This document shows positions 13,559-27,714 of a stretch of DNA of 64,000 bases, piece after piece (position 1 is the stretch's first letter; each line of letters starts with the position of its first letter). Under the pieces are notes generated by a model. That model did no database searches and had not been told where the DNA came from. It saw only the letters and a list, made by a program, of their open reading frames with translations. Source of the DNA: Eledone cirrhosa (taxonomy: Eukaryota). Position numbers and translations under genes: made by a program. Location: contig CAXHJY010000799.1 of the NCBI GenBank assembly GCA_964016885.1, positions 1 through 64,000 of the forward strand, written 5' to 3'.

Positions 13559-14680
13559 TATTATATATTTTATTATCACTATATCATTTTTATATATTTT
13601 TTATAAATTATAATCATTTATTTTATTATTTTCAAAATCATTATTACTATTATATATTTTGTTATCTCTATAACATTATTTATATTATTTTTTCTATTAT
13701 TATTATTATTATCATTATTATTTCAATACAGTTGTTATTCTATGTTATGTTATATTTCCACTGAATGTTTTAAGTCATCTTTTTTGTTTTGTTTGTTATT
13801 TATTCTGTATTTTAAGTTTTTTTTTTTTTTTACATAAATTTCTTTCACAATTCAAATTAAGAAACAAAATTCTGTGCAATTTTGTTTCGTCATTTTTTTG
13901 TCTCGTTTTTTTTTCTGTTTCAAATTATATTTAATTGTCCTGTTATTTTGTTGTTGTTCCTTTTTTGTTTTTTTGTTTTTTTTGTTTTTTTGGTAGAATA
14001 AATTTTGTTTTTAACATTGTGAAATATTGATTGTCTCGCTGTAGATATTTACTACTACTACTACAGCAAGAACTGAGGCTATATATATATAGTGTGTGTG
14101 TATGTATATAAATATATATATATGTATATAAATATGTATATATATGTATGGGTGTGTGTTTAAGTGTTAAACTAATGACATTTATTCTACTGTAGGCCTC
14201 GTATTTGTTTTTTACTGCTGTTGTCCTTGCAATAAATAAATATATATATATATAATTGTACAAATACCTTATCCATCTATCTATCAGTATAAGAGAGAGG
14301 GGGAGGGGAGAGATGGGGGAGAGGTGGGAGAGAGGGGAGAGAAAGGGGAGAGAGGGGAGAGAGAGAGGGGAGAGAGAGGGAGGGGGGAGAGATGGGGGAG
14401 GGAGAGAGAGAGGCTCCATGCACAATTTTGAATTTGGTTAACAATTATTAAAAACGACAAATGCAGAGCTGCAATTACACAAGGTCTTATTAGTTTCCCG
14501 CTTGTTGCAAAAGGAAAAGCAACATTTTAACTTATCGGACGTCAGTCTTTCATCGGGAGGAGTAAAGTTAGAAAAAAGGGAAGTCGGACGTTTGAAGGAA
14601 AGAAAGAAAAATGATCAGAATGAATGAGTTGAACAGTTAAGTATTCTGGCGTGTTGATGGTAGGCGCCAAGGTTTATATA

Positions 14681-14976
14681 TACGAGGGTAGACTGAGAAG
14701 TTCATTGGATGACTATGAAGGGGTGATGCTAGGGCTGTGAAAACTTGCATGCATTCATTTTAACTCTTAATAACTGCATCATTTCTTTCCACACACATAT
14801 ATTCACACACATTATGGGACGGACGGACGGACGTCATTCAAATTTATATATAGATAGATTAAGTTTCAATAAGTTCGCCGTCATTACATTTGGAAACCGT
14901 TGAATGGAAAATTGAGAGGTGAATGGCTGCTACTTTCACTAGGTTTGAGCGGCCACATAGAAACTTCTTAGCTGAC
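14681..14976. mobile_element. Possible degenerate mariner-type MITE
   Basis: TACGAGGG start and loosely complementary end aacttcttagctgacc. Confidence 0.35.
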
Positions 14977-15681
14977 CTTTTGCTCTTCTTCCATCGGAAG
15001 TCGATAAAATAAAATACCAGTCAGGTACTCGGGTTGGTGTAATTGACTTTGTTTACCCCGAAACTTGTTGGCCTTGTGACCCTCCCACTACTCCCCCAAT
15101 CGCTAAAAAATAATATTGTATCTCTTTATTTAAATCGATTTTATTCTCATAGAAAATTGGTTTTAATTTTGGGGAGGAATTTTACAGATTTTTTAAAATT
15201 TATTTTTATTTATTTTTTATTTATTTTTTATTTATTTTTACTTGCTTTTATTGTTTATTTCTTCTGATTTTTACTTTTTTTTTTTCAAAGCTGAAATTTG
15301 TGAATTGCTGTTGTATTATTGTTTTTTGGTGGTATTGGTAGGGGGGGGGGGTGCATTTTTGGTTGTTGTTGTTGGTGGTGGTGGATAGTGTGTTGAAGTG
15401 ATGGTAGTGGTGGTGGTAGTAGTTTTGAAGAGGAGATAATGGAGGCGTTTGTATTGTTGCTATTAATGATGGTGGTGAATGGTGGTGGTGTATGTATTGT
15501 TATTGTTGTGTTGTGTGTATTGTTGTTGTTAGATGAATGGTGGTAGTGCTGGTGGTGTTGTGTGTGTGTGTGTGTCTGTGTGTCTGTGTCTGTGTCCCTG
15601 TATGTGTGTGTGTGTGTGTGTGTGTTGGAGGTGTGTGTATTATTTGTAGTTGTCTTGTTTATATTACCATTCCATAATTAC

Positions 15682-15778
15682 CATTTAACTACATTTGCAG
15701 CTGATGCTTTTAGAGTCAACAATAACAACAGCAGCAGCAGAGGTCTTGAAGGACATCGGCAATGGCTGTCGTCTAAGA
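15682..15778 (-). CDS. Possible exon LDDSHCRCPSRPLLLLLLLLTLKASAANVVK (hydrophobic, signal-peptide-like)
   Basis: TATTGTTCAG acceptor, ATG|GTAATT donor, one open frame. Confidence 0.3.
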
Positions 15779-15811
15779 CTGAACAATACACATGATATAT
15801 ATATATATATA

Positions 15812-15915
15812 TACACAGAATCTCTCCCCAAACATGTATACTAAATTTGATTACCTGTACAGGCAATATTTATTAAAATTCTGAAGTGTGTATTCAGTTT
15901 TGGGGGACATCCTGT
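15812..15915. mobile_element. Tc1/mariner-like MITE remnant
   Basis: Imperfect TIRs cagaatctctccccaaacatgtatac / gtattcagttttgggggacatcctg. Confidence 0.5.
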
Positions 15916-15925
15916 GTGAGTGTGG

Positions 15926-16015
<90 letters not shown>

Positions 16016-16077
16016 AAGAGCATGAACTTAATAAAGTTTTATTTGTACTGCCTCTGTTTTTGTTCCCGTCCAAGTTT

Positions 16078-16132
<55 letters not shown>

Positions 16133-16134
<2 letters not shown>

Positions 16135-16678
16135 CAGAAAAAAAGATTGGAATAACAACAACACCCAAACAAACAACACTGACCTAAGAGAAGTATAAAT
16201 AAATAAATAAATAAATAAATACAGACACAAGCTCAATAACAACAAACACATATAAACACACACTAGTAAAGATAGAATACATTAACCAATACACAGTCAC
16301 CCAAACACGAACACACATCAAACAAAACACTATACACACACGCAAACGCATGCGCAAAGAAGAAAAAAAAACAAATAAATAAATATATAAACAGACTAAA
16401 TAAAGATGGCGTAGACATACAATGCAACGAGAGGAAACAATAGCACCACTGACGATGTTGCAGATGTGCAACGAAAGAACTTTGATAGGCTATATATATG
16501 TGTTTGTGTCTATATTGTATTTGTATTTTTTACCGTTGGTCAGTCAATGGCAACATTGAGGACCGAATAAATTAAATTAACCGATATAAAAGACACAGAA
16601 GCGAAAACCAACCAAACAGTGAGTGTGTTCTGTTATTAATTCTTGCAATATTACACAAATATGACCCTCCCCAAGTAT
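16133..16678 (+). mobile_element. 5'-truncated PLE related to 21640-22436
   Basis: Begins with the ORF end NRKKDWNNN (cf. LNRKYEWNSN); HHR; 3' end atgaccctccc-aagtata shared with 21645-21664 and 37905-37924. Confidence 0.75.
16441..16492 (+). ncRNA. Minimal hammerhead ribozyme
   Basis: CTGACGA-t-gttgca/tgcaac-GAAAG-aa-CTT; weak stem I. Confidence 0.6.
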
Positions 16679-16763
16679 ATATATATATATATATAATCAA
16701 GGTTTAGCAAATAAGCAAAAGTTTCAAAAAAATTTTAAAAAGTTTACTGTACTTACTATGGTT

Positions 16764-16852
16764 ACCTTTTTACCGAAACTGTTTCGAGTCTCAAAAATAA
16801 ATGGATAGTCCTTGCGGGCCTTCATTGAATAGATAAACTCTCGTCAGAAGGT
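16764..16852 (-). ncRNA. Hammerhead ribozyme, slightly decayed copy
   Basis: As 17253-17339 but with one stem III mismatch and a 2-nt insertion after the cleavage site. Confidence 0.6.
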
Positions 16853-17252
16853 TCTTTTCACTCGGAGAATATAAAATTCCCGAGTTCGAATTACAAACTG
16901 GCACTATTCAAAATTGTTCCCGAGATGAGAAGGAATGATGTGGAAGCAATTCTGTCCAGTGCCGTGTGCAAAGATAGAAGGCAGAGGCAGGGAGGTCAAT
17001 CTACTACCACTATAAATAGCAGTAGTCAAAACGACCAAATTTTATCTCGACCAGGGGGAGATTAATAATAATAAAGTATATATCTCTACACGCAAAAAAC
17101 GTATAGGGACACATGTATTATCCAACCATATGCCAATGTGGTTCAATGGGAGGTTAATAAATTAACGAGCCAGAATACATATAATCAAGGTTTAGCAAAT
17201 AAGAAAAAGTTTCAAAATAAATTTCAAAAAATTCACTGTACTTACTATGGTT

Positions 17253-17339
17253 ACCTTTACCGAAACGGTTTCGAGTCTCAAAAATAAATGGATAGTCCTT
17301 GCGGGCCTCCATTGAAAAGATAAACTCTCGTCAGAAGGT
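17253..17339 (-). ncRNA. Type I hammerhead ribozyme with extended stem II
   Basis: acctt-CTGACGA-gagt...cc-GCAA-gg...actc-GAAACCG-ttt-CGGTA-aaggt; GUA site. Confidence 0.85.
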
Positions 17340-17388
17340 TCTTTTCACTCGGAGAATATAAAATTCCCGAGTTCGAATTACGAATTGG

Positions 17389-17504
<116 letters not shown>

Positions 17505-17550
17505 AAATAAAATAAATAAGTCAAATGTTTAAAATATAGCTTCGTTTATT

Positions 17551-17605
17551 ACTGCTATATATATTTCGGTGACAGCCATCTTTGGCTGTGACTTCTTCAG
17601 GCAGT
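17551..17605 (-). ncRNA. Minimal hammerhead ribozyme
   Basis: actgc-CTGAAGA-(acagcca/tggctgt stem II)-GAAAT-atat-ATA-gcagt. Confidence 0.8.
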
Positions 17606-17692
17606 CCGAATTAGTGTGGTATAGACAAGTACATGTGTTGTTGAGCTGTATAACTTTGTCAATACTCTGATATGCCCAGTTCCTGGTTGGGT

Positions 17693-17748
17693 TGTTATTT
17701 CACTGAGGAACTGGAATCATATGATTCCAGTTCCTCAGTGAAATAACA
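17693..17748. repeat. Perfect 56 bp palindrome
   Basis: tgttatttcactgaggaactggaatcat|atgattccagttcctcagtgaaataaca. Confidence 0.97.
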
Positions 17749-17750
17749 TA

Positions 17751-17790
17751 CCGAGAACAATTGTTTCACCTTCGCGGATCTTCAGCTCGG
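17751..17790 (-). ncRNA. Minimal hammerhead ribozyme (inverted-arm copy)
   Basis: ccgag-CTGAAGA-tccgcgaaggt-GAAAC-aatt-GTT-ctcgg. Confidence 0.75.
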
Positions 17791-18421
17791 GATGTGTATG
17801 GTTATAGGAACAGGAAGGACAACCGTACGAACGCGCATGCGCAGAAACTCGGTCATTTCACACAGGCAATACTAGACTGCGTGCGGGGAGTGTAAGGGAG
17901 ATAACTGCGAAAGTCCGGAAAGTTTTTTGGTTGAAAATAAAATAAAAAAATTAAAAATAAAATTACAAAGAATCAGTCCGGAGCCCTGTAGTTATGCAAT
18001 AGATGTTTGGTGACGTGTGGACAACGTGGGAAAAATTCACTTCTCGTGTTTAGGCAATCACTATTGCGAAATATCTTTAGGTCTCTCTCAAAAATGTATT
18101 GACGAACGAATAACTATCCGAAAGAGATTACGCAATAGTGATTACCTAAACACGAGAAGTGAATTTTTCACACGTTGTCCACACGTCACCAAACATCTAT
18201 TGCATAACTACAGGGCTCCGGACTGATTCTTTGTAAATTTATTTTTAATTTTTTTATTTTATTTTCAACCCAAAAACTTTCCGGACTTTCGCAGTTATCT
18301 CCCTTACACCCCCCCCACCCCCACCCCCCACGCAGTCTAGTATTGCCTGTGTGAAGTGACCGAGTTTCTGCGCATGCGCATTCGTACGGCTGTCCTTCCT
18401 GTTCCTATAACCATACACAAC

Positions 18422-18461
18422 CCGAGCTGAAGATCCGCGAAGGCGAAACAATTGTTCTCGG
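18422..18461 (+). ncRNA. Minimal hammerhead ribozyme
   Basis: ccgag-CTGAAGA-tccgcgaaggc-GAAAC-aatt-GTT-ctcgg; palindromic loop 3. Confidence 0.78.
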
Positions 18462-18490
18462 TATGGTGAACTAACTGTTGTGTGACCACT

Positions 18491-18540
<50 letters not shown>

Positions 18541-18543
<3 letters not shown>

Positions 18544-18712
18544 GGTTGTCAGTTCGATTCCCAGGCCAGGCGATGCGTTCTGTCCTTCAGCAAGACACTT
18601 TATTTCACGTTGCTCCTTCTACCTGGAGTTGCGACAGATAGATAGTATTAGCAATTGGAAAGACCAACAGAAACATTGTTTCCTCGGTCCGATTTAACGA
18701 AAGTCGATCGTT
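18541..18712 (+). mobile_element. Second tRNA-derived SINE family, 5'-truncated
   Basis: Matches 23553-23768. Confidence 0.8.
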
Positions 18713-18725
18713 CCTTTCTATACAT

Positions 18726-18804
<79 letters not shown>

Positions 18805-18867
18805 AAGAGAGAGTCATCCACACACATACGTATATATATACACAATCATACACTACACACAAATACA

Positions 18868-18905
<38 letters not shown>

Positions 18906-19372
18906 CATACAAAAATATATACATAAATATACTAAATCTGTCAATGTGTAGATCACATTATACCGTCATTGTGTGCGGTGTTGGTTATCAGCCATATCTA
19001 ATATTTCGGACAATATGGCGCCTATCTAATCGTGATACTCGCAGGCTTTAATATAATATATCTCTTCTCCATTGACCCTAATTAAGATTAGATATCGGTT
19101 TATAGCTATTTGCTAAATGGCATTCTCAGGAATCGGTAGAAAAGCACGAAACGTCTCTTCGATTTATCGATCAGAAAAACAGTAATTGTGATATTTATAA
19201 AGTTAGTTATAGGCTGAAACGAAGTAAAGTAAATCGGTCATTTCGATTTTTAAGCCAACCTAAAGTTGAAACGTAAATGAGCAATTGTAGTTTTGGGGAA
19301 AGAAATATTGTATTGCTATTACAGAATGGCTAGCTGGAGGGAATTTTCATTTATATATATATATATATATAT

Positions 19373-19405
<33 letters not shown>

Positions 19406-19426
19406 TATACATGCATATATATATAT

Positions 19427-19492
<66 letters not shown>

Positions 19493-19505
19493 GTATATGT
19501 ATATA

Positions 19506-19554
<49 letters not shown>

Positions 19555-19795
19555 GTATATATATGTATATATATGTATATGTATATATGTATATATATGT
19601 ATATGTATATATATATATGTATATATATGTATATATATATATGTATATATGTGTATATGTATATATATATATGTATATACATATGTACATGTATATATAT
19701 GTATATATATGTATATGTATATATATGTATATATATGTATGTATATATGTATATATATGTATGTATGTATATATGTATATATATGTATGTATGTT

Positions 19796-20407
19796 GTGTC
19801 AGGTCACCAGTTGGTGCTACTGGTAACATGTATCCCAGTACAACCTGTCCCATGGTCGGATCGTTGACGAATAATCTGGCAACCCCACCAAGGTTTCTTG
19901 GTGAGAAGGGTGACTTTGGACATCCTGCAGGACTAAAAACAAAACCTGTCCAAGGGCAAAGGAGGTCTTAAGAGTCAATGGCCATCCAAAATCACCGGGA
20001 GAGATGACCCCTTAGCCTTTGTCAAGGCAGAATTCTAGGAGAAGGAAAACTCTGATATAACACCTGCAACTCTGATGGTATCCAATGGTGTTGACTTGTT
20101 CTTCTTTTTGGTAAATATCATCTTGGTTAAGAGAGTGGGACTGGCTTTGTGCAGTGCCTTTGCTCACTATAAAAGCTTCACGGCACAGGCATTGCTTTAT
20201 ATCTGGAGATCTCTCTGCACTTGTCATCATAGGGTACAATGGGCCCAGCACTATGTGTCCGTAATTGTCACAAGTGTAGTGTTTGTACCAGAGTTTTCAA
20301 GTCGGTGGCTGGACTAAAAAGTCACACTCGTTCAGCGCATCGGTAGGAGTTCTCCTACATGTATATAAAGTAGTGGCCGTACTCGAAAACGAGTTGGCAG
20401 CCACCAT
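19796..20407 (+). mobile_element. ~610 bp non-autonomous (bipartite) RTE-derived element, family G
   Basis: RTE-like 5' UTR motif ctaggagaaggaaaactctga joined to a C-terminal C2H2 finger; copies at 24548-24840 and 53874-54484. Confidence 0.75.
20239..20346 (+). CDS. 35-aa micro-[38 protein letters not shown] (single C2H2 zinc finger)
   Basis: CxxC-x12-H-x4-H; ATG to TAG open in all three copies; translation unproven. Confidence 0.5.
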   Translation: MGPALCVRNCHKCSVCTRVFKSVAGLKSHTRSAHR

Positions 20408-20438
20408 ATGTATGTATATATGTATATATATGTATGTA

Positions 20439-20533
<95 letters not shown>

Positions 20534-20547
20534 ATACATATATATAC

Positions 20548-20925
<378 letters not shown>

Positions 20926-20961
20926 ATAGAGGTGTAACACACAAGTTATGATATATTGATA

Positions 20962-21452
20962 AACGGAATAGAAAATGCTGACAAATTGTTTTGTTCCCAG
21001 TGAAAAATAGTTTAATTAGGAATAAGTGAGTATTAGTACTAGTATTGGTTAGTATTCAGTTTTGGTTTTAAGTTTTACCGGTTGCGCATTTATAATGCCT
21101 TTCAAAAATAATTTTGAGATAGAGTGTCCGTGATATTTGCTCTAATCTGATTAGTTTTGCGCCAATTCGTGTTGCCAAAATTCTTGGCAACACGAATTGG
21201 CGCAAAACTTATTTTAATACCGCTGGAGCCACTTTTTTAACATCAAAACAGGTAGAATTTCCAAAACTAATTAGATTAGAGCAAACATCACGGACACTCG
21301 ATCTCAAAATTATTTTTGAAAGGCATTATAAATGCGCAACCGGTAAAACTTAAAACCAAAACTGAATACTAACCAATACTATTACTAATACTCACTTATT
21401 CCTAATTAAACTATTTTCACTGTGAACAATTTGTCAGCATTTTCTTTTCCGT
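20962..21452. repeat. ~200 bp inverted repeat with an internal 56 bp hairpin, between (TA)n tracts
   Basis: 20962-21159 pairs with 21262-21452; hairpin at 21153-21208. Confidence 0.9.
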
Positions 21453-21457
21453 TGACC

Positions 21458-21492
<35 letters not shown>

Positions 21493-21794
21493 ACATATAT
21501 ATATATATACATATATATACATATATATACATATATATACATACACATATATATACATATATATATACACATACATACAGATACATACATATACATATAT
21601 ATACATATACATATATATACATATATATGCATATATATATATTGTTATACTTTGGGAGGGTCATGCTGCCAATAAGAAACACACGCACCAGTTGCTTTCA
21701 CTTCAATTTATTATAATAAATTTATAATAAATTTATAAATTTATAAATTTCTGGTTGGTTGGTTGGTTCCACAACCAGATAGTTGTTTATATAT

Positions 21795-21839
21795 AGTCAT
21801 AGTTCTTTCGTCACACACTCTGTGACCTCTTCAGTGACT
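21795..21839 (-). ncRNA. Minimal hammerhead ribozyme
   Basis: agtca-CTGAAGA-g-gtcaca/tgtgac-GAAAG-aa-CTA-tgact. Confidence 0.75.
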
Positions 21840-22039
21840 GGGGATTCCTTTCTTTGTTTCTGTGCCTCTCCTTTGTTCTGTCCTACGCCATTTTGTTTCT
21901 GTGTGTGTGTTGTGTGCTCAGTCTGCGCATGCGCCACATCCGGGTGTCTGTGTGTGTTTATGTTCATTTATTTATTTGTTTATTTAGATGTTACTGGTTG
22001 GTTGTTTGTTCTATGTGTGTGTGTGATTTCATTTTGTCC

Positions 22040-22436
22040 TTAATTGTAAGTTGTGATGTTGCTGTTCCACTCATATTTTCTATTTAATTTTGGTTGTAAT
22101 TTTTTTATGTTTATTGCCTCTGTAATTTGTCTAAACATTGCGTCTTTTCTGTGTGTAGATTCTATTTTTATTTCTATGTTCTCTAATTTACCCTTGTGTT
22201 CTATTTTAGCATGTTGGTAGAGTACAGATGATTCTTTATTATCTTGAAGGTCTCGCCAGTGTTCATTTATCCGTTCCCCTACACTACGAGCTGTCTCACC
22301 TATGTACACTATATTTTTGTCTCTACATTGTCCTTCAGTACATCTTATGCTATACACTACATTTCTAGTTTTACAGTTAATATGGGGGCTTATTTTACAG
22401 GTTATACATTTCTTATCTATACATGACGGTCTTTGA
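22040..22436 (-). pseudogene. PLE GIY-YIG endonuclease fragment
   Basis: VVY/YIG motifs with conserved R, H, E and N; N-terminus lost into microsatellite. Confidence 0.92.
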
Positions 22437-22629
22437 AAATAGAAGTAATAGAAATAAATAAATACACACACGCAAACAAATACGTACATACACAAGCATA
22501 CGCAAAACACTTACCATAGGTATACAAAACCACGCACATGTGTGTGTGTGTGTATGAGTGTATACAAATAAATAAATAATTATATAAACGTATATAAATA
22601 AATAAATACGTATCTTCTGCGTTTACGGA

Positions 22630-23026
<397 letters not shown>

Positions 23027-23071
23027 GACGTTGATTTTCGTTAATTCCTGAGCTGAAAACGATTCTCGCTA

Positions 23072-23272
<201 letters not shown>

Positions 23273-23304
23273 TGTATATATATGTATATATATATATATA
23301 TGTG

Positions 23305-23472
<168 letters not shown>

Positions 23473-23492
23473 TACATTTATATATATATATT

Positions 23493-23552
<60 letters not shown>

Positions 23553-23556
<4 letters not shown>

Positions 23557-23768
23557 AGGCGTGTGGCTGAGTGGTTAGAGTATTGGATTCACAATCGTGA
23601 GGTTGTGAGTTCGATTCCTGAACCAGGCGATGCGTTATGTCCTTGAGCAAGACACTTTATTTCACGTTGCTCCTTCTACCTCGAGTTGCGACCGATAGAT
23701 AGTATTAGCAATTGGAAAGACCAACGGAAACATAGTTTCCTCGGTCCGATTTGACGAAAGTCGATCGA
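23553..23768 (+). mobile_element. Second tRNA-derived SINE family, full length
   Basis: A box tggctgagtgg, B box gttcgattcc, then tgtccttgagcaagacacttt. Confidence 0.85.
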
Positions 23769-24386
23769 CTAGAATATAATATATATATATATATATATAA
23801 ACACATAGAACATATGTGTATATATATATAAAGTATATATACATACAGAGAGAAATGGAAAGATTGTGAGCGTGAGAGAATAAACAGATATAGATAATGA
23901 GATATACATCGATGAATTCAGTGATCAGAAAACAATAATATTGGTGTGATTGATATGTTGGTATAATCACCTTTTACAATGATTAATTGCAGATTAGTCG
24001 TGAGATATGACATTAAACAAAGATGTTATCTTCACCTGTACTATTGCCTTTACTGCTGCCAACACTACTGTATTTATATATATATATATTAGAAAGATCG
24101 AGTATCGAAAAATCGGCGCACGAGTTCACGATAAACAATATTCGAAATGAGCGGCAGAGGGCTCAATAATTCAGATGAATCAGAGCTATAACTATCGTTA
24201 AAATACCGTCACACATAGAACAAGTCTACAATCAACCATACGATAAAAAATCGATAATAGAAGATTCGGGACAAACAGATAAAAAATATCAATAAAACAA
24301 TACATCAATAATTTAAATGAATATATATATATTTATATATATATATATATTGTTATGTTTGTGTGTCTGTGTTTGTTTATATGTAA

Positions 24387-24420
<34 letters not shown>

Positions 24421-24547
24421 GTGTGTATATATATATGTCTCTCCTTATATATATATATATATCATATATGTATGTATATATGTATATATATATATATATA
24501 TTATATATGTGTATATGTATGTATATATATATATATATATATATATT

Positions 24548-24840
24548 ATATCATCTTGGTTAAGAGAGTGGGACTGGCTTTGTGCAGTGCCTTTGCTCAC
24601 TATGAAAGCTTCACGGCACAGGCATTGCTTTATATCTGGAGATCTCTCTGCACTTGTCGTTACATGGTACCATGGGCCCAGCACTATGTGTCAATAATTG
24701 TCACAAGTGTAGTGTTTGTATCAGAGTTTTGAAGTCGCTGGCTGGACTAAAAAGTCACACTCGTTCAGCGCTTCGGTAGGTGTTCTCCTACATGGATATA
24801 AAGTAGTGGCCGTACTCGAAAACGAGTTGGCAGCCACCAT
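24548..24840 (+). mobile_element. Family G, 5'-truncated (micro-ORF at 24672-24779)
   Basis: Matches 20116-20407. Confidence 0.85.
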
Positions 24841-24864
24841 ATATTATATATGTGTCCATATATG

Positions 24865-24914
<50 letters not shown>

Positions 24915-25025
24915 GTGTGCATATATGTATGTATATATGTATGTATACATGTGTGTGTGTGCGTGTGTGCGTGTGTGCGTGCGTGCGTGCGTGCGTGCGT
25001 GTGTGTGTATATATATATATACTAT

Positions 25026-25257
25026 ATATTAATAAATGGAAACTATATTTATAAAACCATATTTATTTTATTATACATATTTCAAGGGCCACCAAGGCAA
25101 ATTATGGTGCGCTTTCATCAGATAAAATACAGATTTGTTTTATAAATAAATATTGACATACCCGGAAAAAAAGACAACCTTAACGGTTGGAGCTTCCTGG
25201 ATAGGATATATTTAAATTTTTAAGGTTGTTGAATCCCAACAAATTAAATACAACCTC

Positions 25258-25261
<4 letters not shown>
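25026..25261. mobile_element. Family D PLE-like element (rearranged)
   Basis: Short arm and tail match 61119-61560. Confidence 0.7.
25065..25128 (-). ncRNA. Hammerhead ribozyme
   Basis: attttat-CTGATGA-(cacca/tggtg)-GAAAT-atgt-ATA-ataaaat. Confidence 0.75.
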
Positions 25262-25348
<87 letters not shown>

Positions 25349-25429
25349 GTTATTCCGGGTTGAATCGGAGGTAACCACAGTAAGTAAGGTACTCAATACA
25401 TAGCAGAGTATAAAAGTTTTAATATAGAT

Positions 25430-25482
25430 GAGATTCTACAGGACTAGAACTGTTTCATTCTTTAGAAATCATCAGGAATCTC
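25430..25482 (-). ncRNA. Type I hammerhead ribozyme
   Basis: gagattc-CTGATGA-tttctaaagaat-GAAACAG-ttctagtc-CTGTA-gaatctc. Confidence 0.85.
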
Positions 25483-25483
25483 A

Positions 25484-25536
25484 GAGATTCCTGATGATTT
25501 CTAAAGAATGAAACAGTTCTAGTCCTGTAGAATCTC
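25484..25536 (+). ncRNA. Type I hammerhead ribozyme
   Basis: Identical mirror copy; predicted cleavage after 25529 (GUA). Confidence 0.85.
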
Positions 25537-25549
25537 ATCTATATTAAAA

Positions 25550-25596
<47 letters not shown>

Positions 25597-25817
25597 TGCA
25601 ATATTTTTCATAGACAGAAACATGCATTGTAGCCGTTAAGAAGACAACGCTTCTAAAAATAGGCTAAGTATGAATTTATGACTGTATGTACGGATGACTA
25701 TATGTGTTTATATATATATATGTATATATATATGTGTGTGTGTGTGCGCATGCGTGTGTATGTGTGTGTGTGTGTGTCCGTATTTATGTGTCGATATATA
25801 TACTCGTACTTATACAC

Positions 25818-25915
<98 letters not shown>

Positions 25916-25920
25916 ATATA

Positions 25921-25991
<71 letters not shown>

Positions 25992-26026
25992 GTGTATATG
26001 TGTTTATATATATATATATATATAAC

Positions 26027-26062
<36 letters not shown>

Positions 26063-26401
26063 GTTATACATCTGTGTCTGCATGATCAAGAATGAAAGTG
26101 ACCAGAAAAACCTCAGTTATTGCACACGTACATACATACATACATACATACATACATACATACATACATACATACATACATACATACATACATACATACA
26201 TACATACATACATACATACATACAGAGATATACACCACGCACATACATATATATATACACATATATGTTCAGTAAAGAATAAAAACAACACGGTATCAAA
26301 ATATGATATAGTAGAGGTGAGGAGAGAAAAGTAGAAAGAAATAATAATAGCGTATCTTTCAAAGGGGTTATCGATTTATCGAAATTATAGATATATATAT
26401 T

Positions 26402-26757
<356 letters not shown>

Positions 26758-26806
26758 ATATATATATATATATATATATATTTGTATATATATATATATT
26801 TGTATA

Positions 26807-26856
<50 letters not shown>

Positions 26857-26991
26857 TATATATATGTATGTGTATATACAAATGTATATATATACAAAAA
26901 TATATATATCTACATATATAGACTAGACACATACATACATATATACACACACAAATATATATATATGCATATACACACATTTATACAGACT

Positions 26992-27063
<72 letters not shown>

Positions 27064-27334
27064 TATCCATATAATATTCCGGTCAAAATCAGCACAACAG
27101 ATTTTTTTCCTAATATATGCACCACATCGTGAATGAGAAGATAAAAAATATCTAAAGTAGAGAGGGTCAAAAGTCTAGCGATTGATGTCAGAACAAGAAA
27201 TATGAAAGATATATCATATATATTATAAATTCTGATTTACTGGCTTGGCCTGGGTGAGGGTGGAGACTGTGGGGTTGTTTTTCTTGTGTTGCTGCTCTGC
27301 TGTTTGGGGGGTGGGCTATTTATTATTTTATTTA

Positions 27335-27374
<40 letters not shown>

Positions 27375-27475
27375 TTTTTTTTATCCACTCCTCTAAGTAT
27401 GAAATATATGGAGAATCATAGATGAAAGATGTTTGTGAATAATAGCCCAATGATAATGATAATATTGCTAATAGT

Positions 27476-27685
27476 AATTGTTTCTACTTTAAGCACAAGG
27501 CCAGCAATTTGGGGAGAGTGGGGAGGTCGACTAAATTGACCTTAGTACGTTACTGGTACTTTATTTTATTATCGACCCCGTAAGGGTGAAAGCAAATTTG
27601 GCCTCGGCGGGATTTGAACTCAGAACGTAAAGAGCCGTAACTCTATGCTGCAAAGCATGTTTCCGAGGCTCTGCGGAATCTGCCA
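27476..27685 (-). mobile_element. CORE-type SINE (further fragment at 28038-28108)
   Basis: Reverse complement of the 13363-13558 family. Confidence 0.85.
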
Positions 27686-27714
27686 TTAATAATAATGATT
27701 ACTGTAATATTAAA

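Larger units (their letters stand above)
16693..17388 (-). mobile_element. Non-coding retrozyme-like / PLE element with ~205 bp direct repeats, each containing a HHR
   Basis: 16693-16900 is repeated at 17181-17388 (period 487); (TA)n on both sides; no ORF. Confidence 0.8.
17748..18495 (+). mobile_element. PLE remnant with 5' inverted duplication; GIY-YIG C-terminus
   Basis: LNTRSEFFTRCPHVTKHLL is a typical PLE endonuclease C-terminus; 17748-18028 is the reverse complement of ~18170-18464. Confidence 0.85.
21640..22436 (-). mobile_element. 5'-truncated PLE: GIY-YIG endonuclease, 3' region and HHR
   Basis: CxxC...NVVYSIRC...YIGETARSVGERINEH...RQITEA...LNRKYEW. Confidence 0.92.
25347..25552 (-). 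mobile_element. Family B element containing a 139 bp palindrome (25414-25552)
   Basis: Centre at 25483; long arm continues to the family B 3' end at 25347. Confidence 0.9.

Noticed and set aside
19796-19885. HDV-like ribozyme at the 5' end of family G
   Set aside because: A P2-like ccagt/actgg pair and CUAA are present in the 54395-54484 copy, but I could not build a convincing P1/P3/P1.1 fold; a descriptor search is needed.
23553-23630. tRNA gene
   Set aside because: A/B boxes run into a repeated SINE body and no intact cloverleaf is evident.
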